DNA of 64,000 bases. Origin: Naegleria gruberi. Its lineage: Eukaryota. Below, piece after piece: positions 9,570-20,270 of the stretch. Below the pieces are notes generated by a model. The model was given only the letters and a program-made list of their open reading frames with translations. It was not told the DNA's origin and searched no databases. The stretch lies in NCBI GenBank assembly GCA_000004985.1, contig GG738914.1. One strand, 5' to 3'. Each line of letters begins with the position of its first letter. The first letter of the stretch is position 1. Position numbers and translations under genes: made by a program.

Positions 9570-10883
9570 ATGCTAATTAAGAAAATCCGAGATGTTCCTT
9601 CATCACTAAAATACGAAACTATAGCCAAGCCAATTATTAATCAAGTTTTACATAGTAATGACGACCTTGTTAGTGATGACTATTATAACTTTGATTGTAA
9701 GAAACATGGTTTTTATTTAATTTCAAAACTCTTCACCTATAATGATAATAGAATGCTTAATTTGGCAATTAAAGTGATGAACATGTTGAATTTGTGGAAT
9801 AACAAATTCATTGTCATGATGATTGTAAAGATAAATCCAACAACAGTATTTGAAAACGCAAGTAAAGAACTGAAAAGAGACAGAGAAATTGTTTTAGAGG
9901 CTGTTGGGTGTAATCCTTGTGTTTTGAAATATTTATCTTATGATTTGATAAGTGACAGAGCAATTATTATGAAAGCAATGCAAATTAATGGACTAGCTCT
10001 TAAATATGCCTCAAAAGAATTACAAAATGACAGAGAAATAGTACTTCTTGCAGTTAAGAATAATGGAACGAGTCTAAACTATACTAATATTAGAAATGAC
10101 AGAGAAATTGAAATGGAAGCAGTTAAGAAAAATGGTCTTGCACTTGAATATGTCTCACACCATTTGAGTAATGACAAGGAAATTGTATTGACAGCTATTA
10201 ATCAAGACCTGAATGCTTTTATATATGCATCAATTGAAATACAAAATGATAGAGAACTTGTTTTGGAATTAGTTAAAAAATCTGCATGGATTTTTCAATT
10301 TGCTTCAAAAGAATTAAGAGGTGATAGAGAAATTGTTACAGAAGCTATTAAACGAAATGCTTACTGTGTTTATAGACATGTATCAAAAGAATTAAGAAAT
10401 GATAGACAGTTGGCATTGATAGCAATTAAACAACATGCAAGTTTACTTGAATACGCCTCAGAGGAAATTAGAAATGATAGAGAAATTGTAATGGAGGCAA
10501 TTAGGCGTGATGAGCAAACATTAGAAATGGCATCTGATCAATTGAAAAGTGACAAGTCATTTTTGTTGGAAATAGTTCAACAAAATTCCCAAATGTTAGA
10601 ATATTTCTCAGATGAATTAAGAAATGACAAGGAATTTATATTAGAATTAGTTAAAAAAAGTGCATCTACTATCAAATATGCTTCTTATAATTTACGAAAT
10701 GATAGAGAATTTATTCTAAAAGCTGTGAAACTAAATGGAATGGTACTAAAATATGCCACTCTTTTTAGAAATGATAGAGAAATTGTATTGGAGTCAATTA
10801 AGCAAGATATAAACACCTATGAATATGCCTCTCGTGATTTAAAAAAAGATAGAGAGGTTTTATTAGAAAAGTTATTTAATTGA
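9570..10883 (+). CDS. DUF4116-like repeat protein (437 aa) with ~13 tandem ~36-aa repeats (NDREIVLEAVKKNGLALEYASEEL...).
   Basis: Uninterrupted ORF. The repeat consensus L..DREIVL.AVK.NG.AL.YAS.ELRNDRE(I/F)(V/I)L.A is characteristic of the DUF4116 repeat family. A short uORF lies upstream. Confidence 0.7.
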   Translation: MLIKKIRDVPSSLKYETIAKPIINQVLHSNDDLVSDDYYNFDCKKHGFYLISKLFTYNDNRMLNLAIKVMNMLNLWNNKFIVMMIVKINPTTVFENASKELKRDREIVLEAVGCNPCVLKYLSYDLISDRAIIMKAMQINGLALKYASKELQNDREIVLLAVKNNGTSLNYTNIRNDREIEMEAVKKNGLALEYVSHHLSNDKEIVLTAINQDLNAFIYASIEIQNDRELVLELVKKSAWIFQFASKELRGDREIVTEAIKRNAYCVYRHVSKELRNDRQLALIAIKQHASLLEYASEEIRNDREIVMEAIRRDEQTLEMASDQLKSDKSFLLEIVQQNSQMLEYFSDELRNDKEFILELVKKSASTIKYASYNLRNDREFILKAVKLNGMVLKYATLFRNDREIVLESIKQDINTYEYASRDLKKDREVLLEKLFN

Positions 10884-11353
10884 AAGAAACTTGTTTAATT
10901 TTCTTTAGATGAAAATAAAGTATAATATTTGATTGATTTTGGATGATATCCTAATTCAGCTTCTAGAAATTGTACAACAGTTCAAACCAAAGAATTATCT
11001 TGATTGCTCCGAGCCAATCTGTTAAAACATCATTTGTTCGAAACTCTCTAATACCAGACGAGGTCGGATTACTTGATGATGGAACCCAATGCTGCGTTGA
11101 TTGCATTCTAAAATTAATCAACAACGATTCACTAAACCTCATTGTTTGGAGTGGACTCTCTTGAGAATATTGACTTAAATCATTCCATTGATTAGAATGA
11201 ATCAGAATTTGATTCTAAATCCACTCTAATGAATAGAAAAACTATTTAGACACTAATTTTGAAAACAACCATCTTGTAATTCCCTCTGCAACCACTTGTT
11301 TTAGCTCTGACAGTTTTTGACTGGCATATACAATCCTTTCTTCATTCTCTCCT

Positions 11354-12184
11354 TTACAACAACTTCAAGGTCAAAGCCATTGATATTGTTAACAACCTCT
11401 TCGCTCTTTTTTCATCTAATCCAATACCGCCTTCTCCTGTTGAAATGATTAATAATTCTTCAATGGCATCCAGTGTCCAAGAGCAACAATCTTGCTTGTT
11501 TAATTCAAGTTGTTTTACCTGCAAAGTTCCTTTCTTCCTCTTTAGTGTAACTGGTGTTCTTTTGAATTGTAAAATCTCCTTCTCTCGCTTACATATCTTT
11601 TTGTAATCTTTGCTTTCATCTGATAAACCTTCTGTGGAAGAGCTTTCTACATCTGATATCAGATTTTCTACCTCTTCACAAGTACTGATATAATTAAATA
11701 CATCAGTCCAAGTTTTATCTTTGTTCGTCTTTGTTTTAGTAGTATTTGTGGGAGGTGCTGTATTTTCATCACTTGAATACTTGTTTTTAGAATTACCTTT
11801 CATTATGGAAAATTTGTGATGCTCATACGTTGAGGAATTTCTTCCTTCGAAATCAATAGCATACTCTGAAATCCAACTATTATACATTAGTTCCATAAAC
11901 TGTTTCAATCTGGTTATGCATCTTGAAAATACGTGAACCTGAACAGAGGTTTTTGCCTGATTGTTTTTCAAAGATGGTACACAATCTATTCTATTCACTT
12001 CTCCATAAACTACGGACTGTATGGCAAAGGCCCTTATCATCCTTTTCACTAGTTTTCCGGAAGGAACATAAATTGATAGAGTAAAATGGTTGGGAATTTC
12101 ATTATGTATGGATCCAATGGGAATTTCCCTCACTTCACCATCAATAAGGAGAGATACAGTTGTTTGTTGCTTACTGCTTAGCAT
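11354..12184 (-). CDS. Hypothetical protein (276 aa) with a K/E-rich C-terminal part.
   Basis: The ORF track extends to 12217 via a TTG. The first ATG is at 12184..12182 (aaaaaaaaataatcATG), giving MLSSKQQTTVSLLIDGEVREIPIGSIH... No recognised domain. Confidence 0.5.
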   Translation of the reverse strand: MLSSKQQTTVSLLIDGEVREIPIGSIHNEIPNHFTLSIYVPSGKLVKRMIRAFAIQSVVYGEVNRIDCVPSLKNNQAKTSVQVHVFSRCITRLKQFMELMYNSWISEYAIDFEGRNSSTYEHHKFSIMKGNSKNKYSSDENTAPPTNTTKTKTNKDKTWTDVFNYISTCEEVENLISDVESSSTEGLSDESKDYKKICKREKEILQFKRTPVTLKRKKGTLQVKQLELNKQDCCSWTLDAIEELLIISTGEGGIGLDEKRAKRLLTISMALTLKLL

Positions 12185-12312
12185 GATTATTTTTTTTTGT
12201 TCGAAATAATTGAACAATTTCTAAATTCCACAAATTACCAGATAAATGATTTATTATGAGCTGCGGCTATTGCACCTTCTTTCTTTTCAATGTTCATCAT
12301 CATTATCTTTAA

Positions 12313-13350
12313 TTAATGGAGATGCTTTTTACTTTGGTAGGAGTTTGACATGTTTCCAACAACCACATATGAAGCAAAGGCATCTCCCTGTGAAGGTGGA
12401 CACAATGACATGTTAGAATTCATTCTCATCAATCCCTCCTCCTCTTCCATATGACATCTTTGATGAGAAGGAGTTCTATTCGGAGAGTGTGTCTTCCTTA
12501 CTGTTTCACAAGGTGATGCTAATGAATCAATAGTAACATTGTTGTTATTGCATTCGAATTGTTCATGATGACATAGACAGTGTATCTTATTGGATTTAAA
12601 TCTTAGGATCGGAGAGAAATTGTTGTTCTTATTGTAATTGTTGGAGAGAGATGAAGGAAATTGAGCAGATTCTGGGAGTGTATTCTCATGGGGATTTAAT
12701 AAGGGTTCACATCTCTCTGATTGAATTCTTCTCAATTGAGCATGATGATCAAAGGATTTATGAGGGAAGGAAGAGGTGTTGTTTTCAAAAGCTTGTTTCT
12801 TTGAGGTTTCATGGGAAGGGAGAATGACTGGGTAGGATTGATTAGTTTCGTGAGTTTTCTTGTATTGGGAAGGACGAGAATTGGATTGATGAGAATGATT
12901 CAGGTTGGATTGTTGTCGATATTTGAGAAAGTTAGCTGAAATGCTAATCACATCATTTGTGCAAACACTTGAACTGACACAACTTTCATCTAGAGAACTG
13001 GTCAATGAGGAATTGACTGAATTGCAACTCTGAATTTCTTCTTCTTCCATTAAGGTGGAGCAATTACTCGAATTACAATAAACATCTTCACTGCGAGAGC
13101 TGGAGGAGAGATGAGTTGGAATGGAATTAAAGCTATCAATCATATGTTGTGGGTTTCTATTGTTGGGAGAGCTAGCTGATTTGGTAACATTTTGCTGGTG
13201 ATGATGAGATTGAGATGTTGTCGGGGATTGATACTTCTTATGATGGTGATGACTCGGTGTTGAATGCTTTCTTGTTTGGTTTGGTGATTTTTCTACGGCA
13301 ATCATTGAGGTAGAGATGGGAAGAATGGATAATGATTGTTTGGCTCCCAT
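12313..13350 (-). CDS. S/N/H-rich low-complexity protein with an N-terminal myristoylation motif MGAKQS (345 aa).
   Basis: ORF with ATG at 13350. MGAKQSL fits the MG[^EDRKHPFYW]xx[STAGCN][^P] N-myristoylation consensus. His/Gln/Ser runs (HHHHKKYQSPTTSQSHHHQQ) and Cys-containing C-terminal motifs are present. Confidence 0.6.
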   Translation of the reverse strand: MGAKQSLSILPISTSMIAVEKSPNQTRKHSTPSHHHHKKYQSPTTSQSHHHQQNVTKSASSPNNRNPQHMIDSFNSIPTHLSSSSRSEDVYCNSSNCSTLMEEEEIQSCNSVNSSLTSSLDESCVSSSVCTNDVISISANFLKYRQQSNLNHSHQSNSRPSQYKKTHETNQSYPVILPSHETSKKQAFENNTSSFPHKSFDHHAQLRRIQSERCEPLLNPHENTLPESAQFPSSLSNNYNKNNNFSPILRFKSNKIHCLCHHEQFECNNNNVTIDSLASPCETVRKTHSPNRTPSHQRCHMEEEEGLMRMNSNMSLCPPSQGDAFASYVVVGNMSNSYQSKKHLH

Positions 13351-13972
13351 CCCTTAATTAAATCTTCACTCGTTATATATACTGGTTATGTTGCTTTAAA
13401 TAAATTAATTGAGGAAGAGTGATGAAGAGAATATGGATTGTTGTTATTGAGGGTATTGGGGTGACCCTATAACGTGAGGACTACCTTAATATTTTCAACA
13501 ACTTGCATAAACACTCTTCACGTAGTGCTGTTTTTTTAATAATATATGATTTGGAAAATCTCGCTCATCAATGTGGAAATGATGAGACCTTATAGGGTAA
13601 TTAAGGCAACAGATTGAGGTCTCGCAAAAACAGCCAAAAACTCTCAATCTCTCCTCAACAATCCATTGGGTAGTCGCTTTGAATCGAACTTGTGTGAGAT
13701 ACAGCGTGGCGCTACTGAATCAGGTTAATAAACAAAAGGGCCAGTTTGAAATTATGTCTATTTCTGAAAGTGATTACTGTCACCAATATTGGTGAAAATA
13801 TATTTTGGTGCCTTTACTGAGCACATTAATAATTTGCAATTCAATTTTAACGAGAATAGAAGGTATTAATGTTATAAGGATTATATATTCGAATTTGATA
13901 TCAATCAAAAGGAAAAAAGGAATTGGTTCAAAAAGCACAAAATTGTTTACTGATTGCGTTGATTAATATTAT

Positions 13973-15058
13973 TTACATTGTAACTGATAAATATCGCTTG
14001 GGAGTGGATTGTGATCTCGATGCTGTATTTGGCTGATTAGTGGTACAAGGGGGTGTCTCTGGTCTTGTTACTGCAAGAAGAGGAATTGGGCCTGTTGCAT
14101 TAGGATTAAAAAGTGAGGTAATAGAAGCATTGGTTTGGAAACTAGATGTGGAGGTGTTAACACTGACCGATCTTCTTGATCTGTGTGTTGGACTCGTATT
14201 TGATGAGTCAACAATGTTTGAACTTCTCTTGTACATTTGTGCAACTGGAGGAGAGTGGACAACTTGTTGGGAAATTTGAGGAGTGAATGGAGAATCAGAA
14301 ATGAGGGTAGTTCTCTTCTTTGGAGTGGTATGAATACTGCTGCTGAAGTTGGAAGGGGATGAAGGTTGATAGATTGGTGTGACTTGATTTCTCTTTACAC
14401 TAGTGGATCTATTCAAGAGACTAATCATTGGAGGATGTGGTTGAAAGGCAGGTATCATCACTCCACCCAAAGAAGGAGAAAAGGAAACTACTGAAGAACT
14501 TGTTGAAAGTGATGAAAGAGAAGTTTCTGAAGAGATTGAACCTCTATGTCCAAGAATATCATGCTCATCAAATTGATTATTACTCGGAGTATGATAGAGT
14601 TGATTGGGATGAGCAACGGGTGAGAAGAGTTGAGGTGAATTGGAACGTACTGGCGATAGTTGAGGATGTGTTCTCTTACTAAGTCTTGGTGATTGTGACC
14701 TTTTAGGGCTTGAATTGTCATCATGATGAATATCGTAATAATCATTGTGTGAAATTTGTATTGGTGATGATGAATATTGTTGGTGATAATGAGAAGAAGG
14801 TGAATGATGATGTTGTTCTTCCTCAGTGACTCCATAGAGTAAACTTGGACTCGATCTAGTGGCTGTCTGTGGATGTACTACCTTACTTCTCAAATGCTGA
14901 TGACTATTTGCCTTTCTATTAGGATAGGCTTGCTTTTGTGTCTTTTCATAGTTATGCTCTGACTTTTTCAATAGTGATTCAATCTTCTTATTTTCCTTAG
15001 TATTGTCCTTCTTGTAGTAACTGGGCGAACGTATTGTTGTTGATGAATTGGATCCCAT
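13973..15058 (-). CDS. S/T/P/H-rich low-complexity protein with an N-terminal MGSNSS myristoylation motif (361 aa).
   Basis: ORF with ATG at 15058..15056. Composition and architecture resemble the neighbouring genes at 12313 and 15490. Confidence 0.6.
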   Translation of the reverse strand: MGSNSSTTIRSPSYYKKDNTKENKKIESLLKKSEHNYEKTQKQAYPNRKANSHQHLRSKVVHPQTATRSSPSLLYGVTEEEQHHHSPSSHYHQQYSSSPIQISHNDYYDIHHDDNSSPKRSQSPRLSKRTHPQLSPVRSNSPQLFSPVAHPNQLYHTPSNNQFDEHDILGHRGSISSETSLSSLSTSSSVVSFSPSLGGVMIPAFQPHPPMISLLNRSTSVKRNQVTPIYQPSSPSNFSSSIHTTPKKRTTLISDSPFTPQISQQVVHSPPVAQMYKRSSNIVDSSNTSPTHRSRRSVSVNTSTSSFQTNASITSLFNPNATGPIPLLAVTRPETPPCTTNQPNTASRSQSTPKRYLSVTM

Positions 15059-15489
15059 CTCTTGGTGTTTTATATATATTTACTGTTGTTGTTGTTACGA
15101 AAATGGAAAAATCTTATTATTCATAATATTTATCAGGTTGTTAATGCTCTCCTTATTATAACTTGTTATTGTTATTGAATAAATTTTCAGTTGCGGATTA
15201 TGACTATTTGTTCAATGAGTGCAATCGCGTTATTCTTTTGTTTTTGAAAATGCTTTAGAGTTGTCTATTTTTTCGGTATGTTATACACCTTAGTGTGGCC
15301 GCCTAGTTGAACAACAAATTTTTCCTTCCTTGACCAAGATACGCTTCATATGGACATAAATTATCCGTTTCAAAAAAGTATAGAGAACCATGTTGGTTTC
15401 CTAACAAGGAATTCCACAGTTTTGAGACAGCAAGAGATACCTGGATTGTTTTTGATTTACAACAAGATATTGAAGCTTAATAACAAATA

Positions 15490-17367
15490 TTATTTATTTG
15501 CCGTCATTCTATAAGAGGAGAGATTTGAGTAGTTGCATGAAGCTGACACAGTACTCTTCCTCTTGTTGGGACTTGCGTTATTGAGGTTTCGTTTTTTCTT
15601 AGCAATGCGTGCCTTCTTCTCTGTATTTACACTCAGATGAGTTGTGGTGCCATTCTTATGGTCGAGAGTAAGGTGGTCAAGGGATTGAGCTGGGTTAGGT
15701 GGACAAGAAACTGCAATGAGAGGAACTACTGTAATGTTCTTACTCTCAAAAACACTGTGTCTTCTACGAGTGTCAAAAATTGCTGCAGCACTTTGATCTT
15801 TAGAATAAATACTGAATGGGGAGGATTTGTAGGAATGAGATGGATGTGATGGATTGTGTAATGAATCTGAATGTTGCTCGACTGTGACTTGTTCACGTCT
15901 TCCCATCAATTCATTGAACCAATTCTTTTGGAAATCGAGAGCAGCTGAACAGAATGATTTTCTCTCGTCTGAAGAAGAGAATAGAGACTGAGCCATGGAG
16001 GTTGTGGTGGTAGAGCTAGAGATGGAAGATCTGGAGAGTGCGTTGTCTGAGGTTGAGCTGTTTGTTGATTCTAGTTTTGTTGTAGCGGAACCTTTTTGCT
16101 TCCTTTTTACCGATTTTTCCTTAGAAGACTTTACAGGTGAGAATAACGGAGTATCAGTGTTATCAATACTGCTTTCTTCTTTTTTGGATATCTTATCCAG
16201 CTTCAGATTCGTTATATTTCCCTTTTTTGTTTCATTCTTCTTGTCAGATGTTTCAGGATTTTGTTGCATAACCTCGCTCTGCGTTGTGATGGTCTTTTCT
16301 TCCATCTTTGGCATAGCTTGAATATTAGTACATATTTCACCTTGTTCTGGTATTAAGGAAGATTGAGGTTTGGATAGCTTGAGCTTTCTCCTTGATGATG
16401 CGTGTGCATTGTTTTGAACTGCCAGAAAGACAATCTGTTTGGTTGCAGGACTTGGTGCAAAACTGTTAGATCGTTGTCTTTGTGGATGATCTGCATCTTG
16501 TGCTTGAAAATCTGCAGAGGATGGAAGAGGAATATCTGGAAGTGTTACTGAATGGTGCATCACTTCCTTCTTCTCCTTTTCTGGTTCTTCAATTAACGAG
16601 AAATCTTCCACACTCTCAACATGCATAACCCTTGTTGCTTCGAGAAGATTTTTAGAAGATCTATTCGGTATCTTGATTGATGAAACTGATTCCTCATTGC
16701 CCATAAACCACTTATTAGGGGATGGAGGAGAGGAGCTCTTCTGTTGAGATGTTTGCTGTTCTGATTCAGTAGTGTTACTGGTACTGTTTCTTATCAGCTT
16801 ACTGGTAGAGTTGTTTTGAGAAGAGATTGGAGAAGTGGTAGATTTTCTAGGTGAGATTGCAATACTTTCAATGGAGGATTGATGTGAAATACTTGTTGGT
16901 GTGGAATTCCCACTTCTATTGTCAGGTTGTTGTTGTTGTTGAATGGATACAGAAGAATTAGAGGATGATTGATGAATAATAGGATGGGTAGCAGTTGTGT
17001 TGGTTGAAGCATTGGTGGATTTTACATTTGTAGAATTAAGGGAAGATTTTGGATAATGCGCACTCGATGATGATGAGGCATAGCTCATTGAGGAAACTGA
17101 TTTCAATATTGCTCCTTGAGTGGCCGTTGTTGTATCTGTTTTGCTAGAAGCAGTGTGTTTCATCTTTGACAGTGTTATTGATGTTATTGTGTTGGTACTA
17201 TTAGATGATTTATGAGTAGGAGAAGTTTTCGAGGCCACTCTAATGGTTGTGGGAGACTCATCCATATTTAAATTGGCAGAGTACATACTTGGTGCTGATG
17301 AAGCCTTTGGAATATGATCAGCACTGCTGTGATGATATCTTCGATTACTACTGTGTCTATTGCCCAT
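15490..17367 (-). CDS. S/T/N-rich low-complexity protein starting MGNRHSS (626 aa).
   Basis: The track ORF runs to 17601, but the upstream 78 codons lack an ATG-supported start and look like readthrough UTR. ATG at 17367..17365 (aaataatATGG) gives MGNRHSSNRRYHHSS..., again matching the myristoylation consensus. The ORF length is divisible by 3 from this ATG. Confidence 0.55.
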   Translation of the reverse strand: MGNRHSSNRRYHHSSADHIPKASSAPSMYSANLNMDESPTTIRVASKTSPTHKSSNSTNTITSITLSKMKHTASSKTDTTTATQGAILKSVSSMSYASSSSSAHYPKSSLNSTNVKSTNASTNTTATHPIIHQSSSNSSVSIQQQQQPDNRSGNSTPTSISHQSSIESIAISPRKSTTSPISSQNNSTSKLIRNSTSNTTESEQQTSQQKSSSPPSPNKWFMGNEESVSSIKIPNRSSKNLLEATRVMHVESVEDFSLIEEPEKEKKEVMHHSVTLPDIPLPSSADFQAQDADHPQRQRSNSFAPSPATKQIVFLAVQNNAHASSRRKLKLSKPQSSLIPEQGEICTNIQAMPKMEEKTITTQSEVMQQNPETSDKKNETKKGNITNLKLDKISKKEESSIDNTDTPLFSPVKSSKEKSVKRKQKGSATTKLESTNSSTSDNALSRSSISSSTTTTSMAQSLFSSSDERKSFCSAALDFQKNWFNELMGRREQVTVEQHSDSLHNPSHPSHSYKSSPFSIYSKDQSAAAIFDTRRRHSVFESKNITVVPLIAVSCPPNPAQSLDHLTLDHKNGTTTHLSVNTEKKARIAKKKRNLNNASPNKRKSTVSASCNYSNLSSYRMTANK

Positions 17368-18276
17368 ATTATTTAAAGTTGATATGCTGTTGATTAATAG
17401 TAAGGAAATAATTTTAATAACCCCATCAACCTTCTTATGATGAGAGGCAATGTGTACCAATTGCAGTTGTTGATTTTTCAAGTTTAACACTTGAAGAAGA
17501 TGAGAAATTGGTGATGTATTTTGTTTTTCAAAGAGAACACAAATGAATCTAAAACTGTCGTGAGTTAATGGAAGGTTGTTGCTTACTCCCAAGATTCTCA
17601 ATCTGTTGATGATTCCTTGTTGGTTATTTGATAATGGCTTGTGCGAAAATTATTTGGTCGGTTGTGTTGGAGCAAATCTGCAAGAAACCTCAAAAAGTGT
17701 TCTGATGATGGTTGTGTGACTGTTTTTTTTTGGCGATGGGCGTAGAGGTAAGGTTCCTTCTCCACTTACTTGGAACAAACAAAGACAATAAAAACCTTTA
17801 AGGAAATTGTTGAGCAAAGTACGACACTGTGTAAGATGTCAATAGTTGTGTGTTGGAATGGAAACAAAGCAGACTTTTAAACACTCAGCCTATTCTTGCG
17901 CCTTATTATGTTATTACATAACATTCCTTGTGGTGTTACTGAATTATACAAATGCAATCAAGCAAAGTATTGAGGAGAACAGAACTTGCAGTGTTACTCT
18001 TCAGCTCTCGTAGTACTCGGGCTAGTTTTCTTTAAAGCTAATGAGAGAACACAATAGGATTTAAACGAATGAATTTGGTCCTTATCAAGATCAATATACC
18101 CTAGTACATGTTTAATAAGAACTCTGTAAGGCAAAAGAAGTCGGGTTGTTCCTGCACGCTGTATTCGTCAACCATTTTTGGCATTATAAAGTCCTTGTTT
18201 GTCTTCTCTATTTAATTGTCTACTGTAGTAGTTCGCTTCATGTATTGAGTTGACTGAACTTGAAGTACATATTTAC

Positions 18277-19941
18277 TTAATCTTTCCTTATGAAAACAAC
18301 GGTTGAAGGATCTGTTTCCATTGCTTGTTCTAGAATGTCTTGATCGTGTCTTAGTGATTCCCCTACCATCAAAAAGGCAAAGCCATATGTTTTGCAAGCA
18401 AGCAATGCAATTTCCTTGTCATTACGAAACACCTCGGATGCATAGGAGAGTGCCTGCCCATTATTACCCACTGCTGCCATTACAACTTCACGATCCTTCT
18501 TGAGAGCTTCAGAGCAATAATCCAACACGGCACCATCAACTGTGACTGCCTTAAGAACAATGTCCCTATTATTCTTAATTTCCTCAGAAGCATATTGCAA
18601 AGCAGCTGGATATTCTTCCATGGAGAGCATGACAATTTCTTGATCTGATTTCATTTCCTCAGTTAAATGTTCAATGGCAGCTCCTTTCGATTGTTTTATA
18701 ATTTCCTTAATAAATTCCTTATCGGTCTGAAGTGACTCATCCACATATTCCATAATAATAGGTTGATCTCTTATACACTGCAAGATAAAATCACGATCAG
18801 AGCTGAATTCAGTACCATCAATAGCTTGAGGGTATGTGCTGATGGTCTTCAATAACAGTTCACGATTCTTCAAACTTTCATCCAATACATATTCAATAGC
18901 ACATCCATTAGTTGATACTGCCTGTTGAACAACTTCCAAATCACTTCTTAAATCATCAGAGGCGTATTCGAGAGCTTCTGCACTAGTTGTGACAGCTCTC
19001 AGAACAACTTGCTTGTCACCTCTAAGAGCATCGGAGGCATGTTCTAGAAGATTACCATCCCTTTCCACAGCACACATGACAATATCCTTATCATTTCTCA
19101 TTTCTGGATCAAGATGTTCGAAAACATCCTCATTGGTGGACAAGACATTGAGAATAATATTCTTGTCCTTCTTCAACTCTTCTCCAAAGTGTTCGTACAA
19201 ATTTCCTCCTCCCAACTCTAAAGCATGCATGACTAATTCTCTGTCACTCCTCAATTCCTCACTGGCATCTTCAAAAACATAGACATAGTTTGACATTGCC
19301 TTTTTCACAATTGATTTCACAGATTTAATTCTAGGTGAGGCAAATTCCAAAATTGATCCATCCCTCTCGACTGCAATTCCCATAAATTCTTCATCATCCA
19401 ACATTTTCGCATCACTCACTTCAACCAAACTTCTAGGATCTGTTGTTTCTCTTATCAATTCAATCATTAATTCTCGATTTCTTCTCATTGAATTACTGGC
19501 ATATTGGAGTGAATATGCATTCTCCAAAACAGCTACCTTAACAATCTCTCTATCTTCATCATAGATTACTCGAGGAGGACTCACCTGATCCCTATCATCA
19601 AAATACTCAAGTTTCGACAAATATCTCAACGAGCCTCCTCTCACTCCAACAGCTTGCAATATAAATTCCCTATCATTCAACAATTCATCGGGAATAAATT
19701 GGAGAGCATTTCCAAGAGTATTGGCCACAGCCTTTAAAACAAAATTCCGATCAGAGAGCATTTCCCGAGTAGCATATCTGAAGAAATCATTATTCGATGA
19801 TGAAATGGCCAAAATGAAATTCTTATTTGTGAATTTTTCGGTGGGAATATTTCGAATGGAGACTTCTCCAGTTAAAAGCTTGGAAATTAAAAGAAAATCC
19901 TCATCCGATAAAGAAGATGTACCTGTTTGGTGATTGTTCAT
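18277..19941 (-). CDS. DUF4116-like repeat protein (554 aa), paralog of the 9570..10883 gene.
   Basis: Uninterrupted ORF with ATG in an aaaaaaATG context. It contains ~14 repeats of the same consensus (ELRSDRELVMHALELGG..., NDKDIVMCAVERDGNLLEHAS..., KNDREVVMAAVGNNGQALSYAS...). Confidence 0.7.
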   Translation of the reverse strand: MNNHQTGTSSLSDEDFLLISKLLTGEVSIRNIPTEKFTNKNFILAISSSNNDFFRYATREMLSDRNFVLKAVANTLGNALQFIPDELLNDREFILQAVGVRGGSLRYLSKLEYFDDRDQVSPPRVIYDEDREIVKVAVLENAYSLQYASNSMRRNRELMIELIRETTDPRSLVEVSDAKMLDDEEFMGIAVERDGSILEFASPRIKSVKSIVKKAMSNYVYVFEDASEELRSDRELVMHALELGGGNLYEHFGEELKKDKNIILNVLSTNEDVFEHLDPEMRNDKDIVMCAVERDGNLLEHASDALRGDKQVVLRAVTTSAEALEYASDDLRSDLEVVQQAVSTNGCAIEYVLDESLKNRELLLKTISTYPQAIDGTEFSSDRDFILQCIRDQPIIMEYVDESLQTDKEFIKEIIKQSKGAAIEHLTEEMKSDQEIVMLSMEEYPAALQYASEEIKNNRDIVLKAVTVDGAVLDYCSEALKKDREVVMAAVGNNGQALSYASEVFRNDKEIALLACKTYGFAFLMVGESLRHDQDILEQAMETDPSTVVFIRKD

Positions 19942-20270
19942 TTTTTTAATTATTTAAAATTAATATTTAATAAATATTTAATTTTCAATCATGAGTTAAT
20001 TATTAAATATTAAATATCAAAGCAAGTTCTGATTTTCATGGTATATTCACATCACGTTAATAAACTGTGAACCAATATTTTGTTTGATGTTTTGTGATGT
20101 TTGGCAGTTGGGTGTGAAGTTAAATTTGCAATTACCAAGAAAATATTTTTGGTAACCTCTAATTGATAGCAGCCAAACTCAATAGGGAGATAGATACCTT
20201 ATTCAATGTTGATCGTTGCATGAATAAAACAACACGCCAGTTTTCAATTTTCAGAACAAGATAAAAAAAT

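Noticed and set aside
10970-11164. ORF 10970..11164 (64 aa).
   Set aside because: Short, no domain, lies in the 3' region between convergent genes.
15490-17601. The full 703-aa track ORF starting MRILGVSNN.
   Set aside because: The track extends ORFs to non-ATG codons. The first 78 codons have no ATG-supported start. The ATG at 17367 lies in an aaataatATGG context and begins a myristoylation motif like the neighbouring paralogs.
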